DNA from: Desulfonatronovibrionaceae bacterium
GTDB lineage: Bacteria > Desulfobacterota > Desulfovibrionia > Desulfovibrionales > Desulfonatronovibrionaceae
Length of the DNA stretch: 64,000 nt
Assembly (NCBI GenBank): GCA_046539845.1
Contig: JBKHGE010000007.1
Coordinates: 1 to 64,000 of the forward strand
Direction of reading: 5' to 3'
The translations under genes and the position numbers were made by a program. Below are positions 1-8,584 of the stretch, one piece after another. The first letter of the stretch is position 1, and every line of letters starts with the position of its first letter. The notes under the pieces were generated by a model that was given only the letters and a program-made list of their open reading frames with translations, was not told where the DNA came from and did not search any database.

Positions 1-196
1 GATGCTGGATATTAATACGACGGGAGTAGGCGCCAGCCAAATCTCCCACAAGCTTTTCATAGAAAGGCGGTGTCTGATAAGGATTGTTTTGCAGGATCTC
101 AATAAGTTTTTCAGTCTTTTCCTTAAGGCCGGAAGCAGACAGTTTTTTCGCGTCTTTTTGTGCTTGTTTTGTAAATACGACCTTATAATTTACCAA
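1..196 (-). CDS. yoeB: Txe/YoeB family toxin (3' end outside window; not in ORF track)
   Basis: Manual translation from TTG at 196: MVNYKVVFTKQAQKDAKKLSASGLKEKTEKLIEILQNNPYQTPPFYEKLVGDLAGAYSRRINIQH; the EKL.GDL.G.YSRRI..QH motif is typical of YoeB; overlaps the antitoxin stop. Confidence 0.9.
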   Translation of the reverse strand, partial: MVNYKVVFTKQAQKDAKKLSASGLKEKTEKLIEILQNNPYQTPPFYEKLVGDLAGAYSRRINIQH

Positions 197-432
197 TCGA
201 GTTCCTCTTTGCAATCCTCAACTGGCGTTGCTAAGCCTTCACGAATTGACTCGCGCATGCCCGGGATATTCAATAGGTACATAGTTTCTTGGATTGCCCG
301 CCAATCGTCCTCGGATAGTAAAACGGCGTTGCCTCTTTTGCTTGTAATTACAATGGGTTCATGAGACGCGGCTGTCTGGTCGATAAGACGATAAAGTTTT
401 GATCTTGCCTCAGTGGCTGATAAAGTCGGCAT
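190..432 (-). CDS. yefM: Phd/YefM family antitoxin
   Basis: ATEARSKLYRLID...EPIVITSKRGNAVLLSEDDW..IQET.YLL, typical Phd/YefM; directly upstream of the toxin. Confidence 0.92.
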   Translation of the reverse strand: MPTLSATEARSKLYRLIDQTAASHEPIVITSKRGNAVLLSEDDWRAIQETMYLLNIPGMRESIREGLATPVEDCKEELDW

Positions 433-457
433 AGTTCACCTCAACGTATTTTTTATT

Positions 458-486
458 AACGTACGGCAATACGTACGTTTGGTCAA
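458..486 (-). promoter_or_regulatory. TA promoter with palindromic operator
   Basis: Minus strand TTGACC-17 bp-TACGTT; overlapped by inverted repeat AACGTACG-N6-CGTACGTT (458-479), consistent with antitoxin autorepression. Confidence 0.65.
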
Positions 487-554
487 GGCCTTTAATAGGC
501 AGAATGAAAAGTTCACTTGCCGGGAACTCAATGCGGACTTGGCTAAAAAATGAG

Positions 555-574
555 TAGGGACAGGCAAACTATGT
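555..574 (+). repeat. Left copy of 20-bp inverted repeat bracketing the RAYT-like gene
   Basis: TAGGGACAGGCAAACTATGT, exact reverse complement of 1765-1784. Confidence 0.9.
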
Positions 575-801
575 AAAAAGGCCCACATATTTGACCTAAC
601 TCCACCCTGCATCCGGGCAACTCCAGGTCATTTAAACTTACTGACACTCCAATTTCATTTGAAGGTGATCTGACTAAGGGCTGGAGAAGGTGTACGTCCC
701 GGATATCATCCCGTGCAGGCGTTATTTAAGCGCTCGTATCCATGGTCGCCTGCGGGCGGATACAAATAAACTATGGTGTGAGGGTAGCTTTACCGGCAGG
801 G

Positions 802-1689
802 TCAGCTCAGGCGTTTTAAGGAATAGACCTGGTCCAGACCCTGAATCTTATGCGGATCACGTTTTCGTTTGGGCTGGATAAGGTCTCGAAAGTATTCAAA
901 GCCCTGGCGGACGAACTCCCGGGAGCCGATTATCCCGGCTTCGGTAAAAAAACGCGTACGCTGGATGAACCGCTCCACATTCTCCGGCCGGGGCGCGCCG
1001 TGCAAGAGTTTTCCCTTCCCGGTGTCCATCCCGCCCCGGGCGTAGACAAACTCCCGGTAATGCCGCAGGCGTTCATTTGCACTTTGCATGTTGTATTCCT
1101 CCAGGCCCAGATTCCAGGACAAAAAATCCTCCCTGCGCCCGGAGCGGAAGCGATAGCCGAGAGAGGACCAGTTATACTCCTCCGGACGGTCCACGATTCC
1201 GGCCCGGACCGGATTTAGATCAATATAGGCCAGGCAGTTGACCAGGGTTTCTCCCTTTTCCACGATCAGACTCTTGAACCGCTCCGCCCAGAAAGTCCCT
1301 TTGCGGCCGCGTTTTTTGTTATACATGCGGGTAAAAGTCTGCTTGATCTCTTTTACGTATTCCGAAAGGGAGGTCCATTTCTGGCGGTAAAAGGGGATCT
1401 GCCCGGACATGAGCTTTTGCCTGCTTCCGTATCTGCGCTTGAAGCTGGCCCGGACGTCTTCGTCAGTTATCTCCTCTTCCGGGAACATGGTCACCAACAG
1501 ATGGAAATGATGGCCCATAATGCAGAACCCGAGCACCTCGCAGAAATAGACCGCGGACATGTCCTTTATGATGCTAAAAAGCAGACCCTTTTCCTGCTCG
1601 CCCAGAGGCAGACCGTCCAGGGCGGTTCTGCTTATAACGTGATAGGTGGCCTGCCGGTCGGAAAGGATAAAACGGGGCATGCGGGCCAT
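802..1689 (-). CDS. REP-associated tyrosine transposase (RAYT)-like / IS200-like Y1 HUH transposase
   Basis: YHVISR, HHFHLLV (HUH), FWAERFKS, YIDLNPVRAG (catalytic Tyr), EEYNWSS; ATG at 1689 preceded by a GGAGG RBS. Confidence 0.88.
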   Translation of the reverse strand: MARMPRFILSDRQATYHVISRTALDGLPLGEQEKGLLFSIIKDMSAVYFCEVLGFCIMGHHFHLLVTMFPEEEITDEDVRASFKRRYGSRQKLMSGQIPFYRQKWTSLSEYVKEIKQTFTRMYNKKRGRKGTFWAERFKSLIVEKGETLVNCLAYIDLNPVRAGIVDRPEEYNWSSLGYRFRSGRREDFLSWNLGLEEYNMQSANERLRHYREFVYARGGMDTGKGKLLHGAPRPENVERFIQRTRFFTEAGIIGSREFVRQGFEYFRDLIQPKRKRDPHKIQGLDQVYSLKRLS

Positions 1690-1764
1690 GGGACACCTCC
1701 AAACTGTTTGCATGGTGATTGATTCGGGATGAGGAACAAATAGCTCGCATGTTCGTGACTGTCA

Positions 1765-1784
1765 ACATAGTTTGCCTGTCCCTA
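1765..1784 (-). repeat. Right copy of 20-bp inverted repeat
   Basis: ACATAGTTTGCCTGTCCCTA; on the minus strand it runs into TTGACA, a possible -35 for the transposase. Confidence 0.9.
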
Positions 1785-1846
1785 ATTTTCCTTCGCAGGT
1801 AGGCCAGGAGGGGGAGGCTCAAAATTGCAGGTCCTTTTTTCCGGAA

Positions 1847-3619
1847 TCAGCCGCTCACGGTTGGACAGATAGTGTCCTTTTCATTGTACAGGCAGATGTT
1901 GAATCTTGTTTCCCGGCTCCGGCTTTCACGCTTGGCCCGGTACATGGTTTGATCGGCCAGTTCCAGGAGCATCTTGGGTCGGGTATGGTCGTTCGGGTAA
2001 AAGGCCGCTCCGGCGGACATATGCACCGGCCAGCTTTGGTTTTTGATCTTTATCGGTGGCTGCATTACCCGGGCGATTTTGTCCGCCACCCGCAGGACAT
2101 CCTCCCGGCTGGAAACCTTGGGCAGAATCAGGGTGAATTCGTCCCCGCCCACCCGGGCCACAGTGTCCGATTTTCTCAAGGTGCTTGCCAGTCTTTTGCC
2201 GATTTCTTTTAAGAACATATCCCCGGCCTGATGCCCTTGGGAGTCGTTGATCTCCTTGAACTGGTTCAGGTCCATGACCACCACGGCCAGCTTGGTCTTG
2301 TACCGTTCCGCATGGGCTATTTCCAGGCACAGGCGTTCCTCAAAGGATATTCTGTTGGGCAGTCCGGTTAGTGTGTCGTGATAGGCGATGTAGCGGATGT
2401 TGTCCTCGGCCAGCTTTTTTTCGGTTACTTCCCATGTGGTGTAGACAAATCCCTCCAGGGCGTTGTCCTGGTTAAATATCGGGGATATCCTGGCTTCGTA
2501 AAAGCGCTTTTTGTCTTCGGTACTGCTTTCATAGATGAAGCTTTGCGGGGCGTCCGCAGCGGTGCTGTAAATTATGGACTCGAATTTTTTCCTTTTCATC
2601 CCCGTGGTCCAGTGCAGATCGGCAAGGTTGCGGCTCAGGATGTCCGCCGTATTCATTGCGAAGGTCTCTTTAGCCTGCGTATTGCAAAAGACAATATCCC
2701 AGTTTTCATCCGTGGCCAGAATGGCCATGTCCATGGAAGTATTCAAAATGGAGTCCAGATAGCTGCATGTTTTGGCCAGCAGCGGTTCTGCTTGTGCTGC
2801 TGTTTGCCCGCCTTTGTCCTCCATGACGTCTTTAAAAGTGCTTATATAATTGGAAACCAGGGACTGGATGATGTCGTATTGCGTGGCCACTCCCTTCGGC
2901 CGCCCTGCGGAGTCCAGGACTACGGTCAAATGGATGTTTTTTTCCCGCATGGTCCAGGCCGCCTGGTATACCGGGGTGTTTTCATCCACTGTAATCAATT
3001 GTTCGTGCATGACCTCGGAAAGACTGGTGTCTTTCAGGGGAGTGCCCCGGGTGGCCAGGCGAAGCAGTTCCCGCTCGGTGAGAATCCCTTTTGTGTGGTT
3101 TTCCGGGGCGTAGATGACGCAGGAAAATTTCTTTCCGGCCAATTCCTTTAAGAGCTCGGCCAAGCTTAAGTCTTTTTCCACATGCACGATGTTTTGGTCC
3201 ATGTGCTTTTTTATCGGGCGCAGCTCCATAAACAGATCCATGTTTACGCCCTCGACCACATTGGTCAGGGTGAGCATGGACGAGGCCCTCCTCCGGGAAT
3301 CCACTGCCACAAGATGGCGGATATTATTTTTATGCAGGGTGTACAGGGATTCATAGGCGGAGGCGTTTTCCGGGATGGTAATCACCGGTGTGCTCATGAT
3401 TTCGCGCAGGGGGCGGTCCCCGAGTATTTGTCCGTGTCCGGCCAGATACTGTACCAGTCCGCGTTCGGTCAGTATCCCCACCGGCCGGTCTTCTTCCAGG
3501 GCCACAATACAACTTATGTTCTTCTCCTGCATAATTTTCAGGGCTTCGGAGACCGGGGCCTCTGGGGAGAGACCGAATATTCCGGGCTGGGCTAGCTGAT
3601 GTACGGGCTGTTTGAGCAT
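1847..3619 (-). CDS. Diguanylate cyclase with CBS-domain pairs and a PAS domain
   Basis: Repeated GILTER CBS motifs; HDTLTGLPNR and ARVGGDEF. Confidence 0.9.
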   Translation of the reverse strand: MLKQPVHQLAQPGIFGLSPEAPVSEALKIMQEKNISCIVALEEDRPVGILTERGLVQYLAGHGQILGDRPLREIMSTPVITIPENASAYESLYTLHKNNIRHLVAVDSRRRASSMLTLTNVVEGVNMDLFMELRPIKKHMDQNIVHVEKDLSLAELLKELAGKKFSCVIYAPENHTKGILTERELLRLATRGTPLKDTSLSEVMHEQLITVDENTPVYQAAWTMREKNIHLTVVLDSAGRPKGVATQYDIIQSLVSNYISTFKDVMEDKGGQTAAQAEPLLAKTCSYLDSILNTSMDMAILATDENWDIVFCNTQAKETFAMNTADILSRNLADLHWTTGMKRKKFESIIYSTAADAPQSFIYESSTEDKKRFYEARISPIFNQDNALEGFVYTTWEVTEKKLAEDNIRYIAYHDTLTGLPNRISFEERLCLEIAHAERYKTKLAVVVMDLNQFKEINDSQGHQAGDMFLKEIGKRLASTLRKSDTVARVGGDEFTLILPKVSSREDVLRVADKIARVMQPPIKIKNQSWPVHMSAGAAFYPNDHTRPKMLLELADQTMYRAKRESRSRETRFNICLYNEKDTICPTVSG

Positions 3620-3867
3620 GTCTACCTCTGGTTCAGGGGGGCGTTAGGCAGTTTTTTTGAGGATAATTTAGGATATCAGAAAAACCGCTTACATTTTTTG
3701 TTTTACTAAAAATAGCAGGCCTTGTGTTGTCTGACAAGGGTGTAAGTCTCCGTTTGTAGGACTTATCCTGCCGCTTAAGGAATAAAAGACTACTGTATGG
3801 GGATGATCCGCAATTGAGGTCCCGGCCGGATGAGGACCCAAAAGTAGGGTCGGCTCGGGTTTAACCG

Positions 3868-4737
3868 CTATGGGGTTTTAGTGATCTGCCGACACAAAGA
3901 GTGCACAGCCTCGGTGTAGGGAGTCTTTTGATCAAGCAGCCCGGATACGTCCGGTTCCATATCCAGGACATCCTCGACAAACGGCAGGTAGGTGATCGAG
4001 GAAAATGGGGTGTCGCCCAGGCGGGAGCTGACTTTTTCCCGGTCGGAATCCGATCGGCATTTATTGACCACAAGATGGACCTCCGGGATATGCAGCTCCC
4101 GGGCCAGACTTGCGGAATGCAGGGCCACCTGGATGGAATTGAAGCTGGGTTCGGTCATGATCACCGCATGCCTGAACCCGTCCGCCAGGGCGCGGCCGAA
4201 GTGTTCCACCCCGGCCTGGGTGTCCATGATGACCATTTCATCCTCCCGGAGGCGAATATAGCGGACAATGCTGTCCAAAAGGGCGTTTTCCGGGCACAGG
4301 CATCCGGTGGCGGCCTGGATGACGCTCCCGATTACCAGCAGGTTGATATTCTCCGAGATCTTCATCCCGAAGCGGCGGACAACATCGGATACGTCCGGGT
4401 TTATCCGGAGCATCGTTCCCCAGCTTTCCCCGGGCCGGGCCCCGGTTTTTTCCTGGATATAGGCGATGTTTTTGGATACCGGAATGAGTTCTGCGGTTTT
4501 TTCCAAGGGGAAACCAAGGGAAAAGGCCAGATTCTGCTGCGGGTCCTCATCCACGGCCAGGACATTGATCTCCCAGCGGGCCATTATTTGGGCCATGAGG
4601 GCGGTGGTGGTGGTTTTGCCCACCCCGCCCTTGCCGGTGACCACTATCCTGCAGCCGTTGTTTGCGGATTGTCCCTGGTTCTGGAGATAATTTGCCGCCG
4701 CGAACAGCCTCTTTCCCCTGGTTTCTTCCCCGCTCAT
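3868..4737 (-). CDS. cooC: CODH nickel-insertion ATPase CooC
   Basis: GKGGVGKTT, GCLC, DTQAGVEHFGR; abuts cooS. Confidence 0.9.
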   Translation of the reverse strand: MSGEETRGKRLFAAANYLQNQGQSANNGCRIVVTGKGGVGKTTTTALMAQIMARWEINVLAVDEDPQQNLAFSLGFPLEKTAELIPVSKNIAYIQEKTGARPGESWGTMLRINPDVSDVVRRFGMKISENINLLVIGSVIQAATGCLCPENALLDSIVRYIRLREDEMVIMDTQAGVEHFGRALADGFRHAVIMTEPSFNSIQVALHSASLARELHIPEVHLVVNKCRSDSDREKVSSRLGDTPFSSITYLPFVEDVLDMEPDVSGLLDQKTPYTEAVHSLCRQITKTP

Positions 4738-6636
4738 TTATATGCCCAATCCTTTGCGTTTGTTATTGATATGTTTTTCGATCATATCCGCCGCTTTGGC
4801 CGGGTCCGGCTCAACCGCGTATGTCGCTCCGACTATATCCTCCAGTCCCCGGGTCATTAAGTCCATGACATTTGCGCTGCCGAATATCTTCGGAGGAATC
4901 CCCAGTACGGTGTATACGCCGGAGGAGACAAAATAGGAGGCAATGGATACCGCTTTCTGGGACATCCATTCCGGGGCGGCCCCGGCAAGCGGGAGCTGAT
5001 CCATGCCCACATCCAGGGCTTTGGCCAGTTCCGCGGCCAGAACCAGTATCCTGGAGCAGTCCACGCACGATCCCATGTGCAGAACCGGCGGAATCCCCAG
5101 GGTCTCGCAGATGCCTCTTAAGTCCTCTCCGGCCTGGGAGGCGGCTTGCGGCAAAAGCAGCCCGGCCTTTCCGGAGGCAATGGCCGCGCATCCGGTCTGG
5201 ACCACAAGGATGTTTCGCTTTATAAGCTCTTTGGACAACTGCACATGGCCGTAATCGTGGGTGATTTTGGGGTTGTTACAGCCGACCATGCCCACGGCCC
5301 CTTTGATTTTTCCTCCGGCAATGGCCTCGATCAAGGGGTTTAGGCTGCCGCCCAGCGCCTTGAGCATGGCCTCCACCGAGAACCCGGCCAGCATCTTTGT
5401 CGGTTCCCCGGGGATAAGGACCCGGTTGGGATCGCGATGGCTATAGTTTTCAATAGCCATCTTTATGATTTTTTCCGCGGTATCCAGGGCGGTATGCGGA
5501 TGGAACTCCATGTGTTCCGCGCCCGGGACCTTGGATTTTTCGCTGGTGGAGACTATCTTGCTGTGAAAACAGGCGGCAGTGTTCGGGATGGACGGGAATA
5601 TGCACTGGTAATCAATGACCATTACCTCCACCGCTCCGGTGGCCAGGGCCAGTTCCTGGTTGAGCATGTTCCCGGCTATGGGCACTCCCTTGCGCATCAA
5701 GAGCTCGTTGCCGGTACAGCACATGCCGGCCAGGTTTATTCCCGCGGCTCCTTTCTCTTCCGCCAGTTTCTTGAGCTCCGGCTTTCTGGAGGCCTCGACC
5801 ACCATTTCCGAGAGGATGGGATTGTGCCCGTGCAGGACTATATTGACCATGTCCTCTTTCAATACGCTTAGATTGGTCCAGGCCTCTTTTATCTCCGGGG
5901 TCCCGAACAGGATGTCCGAGACCTCGGTGGCCATCATTGAGCCGCCCCAGCCGTCGGACAGGGAGGTGCGCAGGCCGTGCAAAAGGATATTGGCCGCATT
6001 AGCCCCTACTCCCATGTGGATGCGGTGCATGCCTTCCACGATCTCCCGGTCCACGCTTCTGGGCATTATGCCCGCCTTTTCCCATATTTGCCGGGTTTTT
6101 TCCGGAGCCCGACCGGTAAACTGGATGTAATTCTTGGTTGTCCCGAATTCTTCGAGCATGGCCAGGGCCAGGGCATGGGCGACTTCATTGTCCGACTTGC
6201 CCTCGGTTTCAAGGCCGTATTCCGCGGCAATGGCGAGCATTTTTTCCCGGTCCAGGATTTCATATCCTTGGGCTTCGCCCTTGGAGGTCTCCAGCAGGGT
6301 CTCTACGACTTCCCGTCCGTGATCCGAATGCGCGGCCGCGCCGGTATTCAGGTCATCCAGTACGTTCCTGGCGACGATAAGGTCCACGCCGGCCCCGCAT
6401 ACTCCGCGATCGGGCGATCCACCGAACGGATCTATACGGCATGGGCCCAATGTGCATCTGTTGCAGCACACACCGGTCTGTCCGAAGCCGCATTGGGGCT
6501 GCTGGGCCTCAAGCCTGTCCCAGGCGGTTTCAATGTTTTCCTGCAGGGTTCTTGTAAGCGCCGGCTTGGCACTTTCGTCTATTGTCCTTTCGTTTACCTT
6601 GTTTTTTAAATCTGGGACATTGTATTCTTCAGACAT
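4738..6636 (-). CDS. cooS: Anaerobic Ni-Fe carbon monoxide dehydrogenase catalytic subunit
   Basis: PQCGFGQTGVCCNRCTLGPC, HSDHGR, HGHNP, MCCTGNE, GCNN, MGSCVD, APEWMSQKA. Confidence 0.96.
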   Translation of the reverse strand: MSEEYNVPDLKNKVNERTIDESAKPALTRTLQENIETAWDRLEAQQPQCGFGQTGVCCNRCTLGPCRIDPFGGSPDRGVCGAGVDLIVARNVLDDLNTGAAAHSDHGREVVETLLETSKGEAQGYEILDREKMLAIAAEYGLETEGKSDNEVAHALALAMLEEFGTTKNYIQFTGRAPEKTRQIWEKAGIMPRSVDREIVEGMHRIHMGVGANAANILLHGLRTSLSDGWGGSMMATEVSDILFGTPEIKEAWTNLSVLKEDMVNIVLHGHNPILSEMVVEASRKPELKKLAEEKGAAGINLAGMCCTGNELLMRKGVPIAGNMLNQELALATGAVEVMVIDYQCIFPSIPNTAACFHSKIVSTSEKSKVPGAEHMEFHPHTALDTAEKIIKMAIENYSHRDPNRVLIPGEPTKMLAGFSVEAMLKALGGSLNPLIEAIAGGKIKGAVGMVGCNNPKITHDYGHVQLSKELIKRNILVVQTGCAAIASGKAGLLLPQAASQAGEDLRGICETLGIPPVLHMGSCVDCSRILVLAAELAKALDVGMDQLPLAGAAPEWMSQKAVSIASYFVSSGVYTVLGIPPKIFGSANVMDLMTRGLEDIVGATYAVEPDPAKAADMIEKHINNKRKGLGI

Positions 6637-6655
6637 GGCTTTTCTCCCTGTTTTT

Positions 6656-7267
6656 TTAGATACTCTTGCGGGATGAGTGCATGGGGCCGATTTTTGCGAG
6701 TTTGGCGCACACGGTATGGAATGCTTCTATGTTTTCCGGTATATTTTCCGGCTCCATCCCCTGAATATCCCGGGTCAGGTCAAAAATAATCCCTTTTCTG
6801 GCCTGGGAAACGAGTTCGTTTGCCTCCCCGTATCTCAAGGCCCCTGTTTTGCAGGCCGCAACGCAGGCCGGCTCGCCGCCGATTTTTATCTTTTCCAGGC
6901 AGTTGTCGCATTTGTAGGCCACATCTTTTTCCAGTTCCGGACTGAAAACAAAGCTTATCGCCCCGAACGGACATTCCTGGGCACAGATCCCGCAGGATAT
7001 GCATTGATCATCCCGGACCAGAACGGTTTCATAAACCGGATCGCGGTAAAGGGCTTCCGTTGGACAGGATTCAATGCACGGAGCGGGATTGCAGTGCCGG
7101 CAGCGGACCGGATAGGTCAAAAAATCCACTCCCGGCTGGATTTTTATCCGCGGTTTGGGGGACTTGGGGCCCACCCCCAGGTCAGTGTCCTGATGGGCTT
7201 TTGCGCATGCAAGTTCGCAATGCCGGCATCCGAGACAATGTTTGGCGTCAATAAAAATCGTGTTCAT
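6656..7267 (-). CDS. cooF: CooF-type polyferredoxin electron-transfer subunit
   Basis: CLGCRHCELAC, CRHCNPAPCIESCPT, CISCGICAQECP, KCDNC...PACVAAC; first gene of the coo operon. Confidence 0.85.
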   Translation of the reverse strand: MNTIFIDAKHCLGCRHCELACAKAHQDTDLGVGPKSPKPRIKIQPGVDFLTYPVRCRHCNPAPCIESCPTEALYRDPVYETVLVRDDQCISCGICAQECPFGAISFVFSPELEKDVAYKCDNCLEKIKIGGEPACVAACKTGALRYGEANELVSQARKGIIFDLTRDIQGMEPENIPENIEAFHTVCAKLAKIGPMHSSRKSI

Positions 7268-7478
7268 TTCAACCCCCTTACCGATTTTTATGCTCGTTTT
7301 AAGAGCCTGTGTTAAGGACAGATAAAAGCGCCAGGGCGGTCTTTTTTGTCTATCCCTCGGAAATAATTTTTCTTATGTATTTATTAACATTTTTTGGTCC
7401 GGCATACAATAATGTCTTTTAAAAAAAGTAAAAAAATATGGTTCATGGACAAATTGTATGTGTTTTTATATGTTATAC

Positions 7479-7597
7479 GCCTGATCCTTTTACCGGCCGG
7501 GCTTTTGGCTCCGGGTTTCTCAATCCCCGTCAATCCAGCACTCAAATCAAAGTTTAAATGCCGGGCTCCCTAGTAAAGGCTTGCAAAAGGATCAGGC
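7479..7597. repeat. 119-bp segment bounded by a 13-bp inverted repeat, with an internal hairpin related to the rnpB element
   Basis: GCCTGATCCTTTT (7479-7491) / AAAAGGATCAGGC (7585-7597); internal CCAGCACTCAAA-N6-TTTAAATGCCGG (7535-7564). Confidence 0.6.
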
Positions 7598-7795
7598 AAA
7601 CAATATCCGTTTCAAACCTCGAGGAGGCAAGAGTATACAAGGAAAACGACTGGTTGGGGATTTATGTATTTGGGAGTCCTAAATCTTGCTCCTTCTTATG
7701 TTGATTGTATGCGGTTGGCCGGGACTTGAAACTTAAGTCCGCATGTTTAAGATTTTTTAGTCAACAAATTGCAGACTTTATTGTGGATGTTAATT

Positions 7796-8521
7796 ATGGG
7801 TGGTAAAGAACTTTTGATCGGGACCTGCGGGTATCAGTACAAGCACTGGAAAGGGGCTTTTTATCCACAGGAGCTGGCGCAAAAGGAATGGTTCGCATAT
7901 TACGCACAGCGGTTTAATTCGGTGGAGATAAACGCTACCTTTTACAATCTGCCCAGGGCAGAAACCATTGAGAAGTGGAGGGATGCTGCCCCGGATCATT
8001 TTTATTATGTCCTTAAATTCAGCCGCTACGGCTCGCACATAAAGCGTTTGAAAGACCCGAAGTCGAGTATCGGCAAATTCTGGGAAGCAGCCGGCCGTCT
8101 GGGGGATAAACTGGCCGCGGTACTGGTCCAGTTGCCCCCGAAATGGAAACCGGCCCCGGAAAGGCTGGATGCCTTTTTGTCCGCAGCCCCGCATAATGTG
8201 CGCTGGGTCCTGGAATTCCGGGATGAGAGATGGCTGACCGAGGAGGTCTATGCTGTCTTGCGTCGGCATAATGCCGCACTATGCATCCACGACCTTCTGG
8301 ATGATCATCCGCGGGTGGTTACCTCGGATGTGGTCTATTTGCGTTTCCATGGCTTGGGGTATGCCGGTTCGTACACCGAAGACGAGCTGCAGAAAATAGC
8401 CTTAGAACTCCAAGGGTATCTAAAGCGGGGCCTGAGCGCCATGTGCTTTTTCAACAACGATGCCGAAGGGATGGCTGTTCTGAATGCATCCCGGCTTAAA
8501 GAGCTTGTTTCCGGGAGCTGA
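7796..8521 (+). CDS. DUF72 (YecE-like) protein
   Basis: IGTCGYQY.HWKG.FYP, VEINATFY, LVQLPP, YLRFHG, FFNND. Confidence 0.88.
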   Translation: MGGKELLIGTCGYQYKHWKGAFYPQELAQKEWFAYYAQRFNSVEINATFYNLPRAETIEKWRDAAPDHFYYVLKFSRYGSHIKRLKDPKSSIGKFWEAAGRLGDKLAAVLVQLPPKWKPAPERLDAFLSAAPHNVRWVLEFRDERWLTEEVYAVLRRHNAALCIHDLLDDHPRVVTSDVVYLRFHGLGYAGSYTEDELQKIALELQGYLKRGLSAMCFFNNDAEGMAVLNASRLKELVSGS

Positions 8522-8584
8522 AAGCCTTTTTGATTTAGAAAGGATGCTTCTGCCGGGGGAGCCGGGTGCTTCACTGCTTGGGTG

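Noticed and set aside
2..364. 120-aa plus-strand ORF
   Set aside because: It is antisense to yefM-yoeB.
552..579. dif/Xer site (CTATGTAAAAA resembles the XerD arm)
   Set aside because: There is no convincing XerC arm, and the resemblance is too weak to call.
3901..4860. 319-aa plus-strand ORF and similar long antisense ORFs (e.g. 12214-13149, 57642-58544)
   Set aside because: They lie antisense to well-supported genes, as expected from GC-rich codon bias.
7319..7333. Sigma54 promoter for cooF (TGGCGC on the minus strand)
   Set aside because: It lacks the GC at -12.
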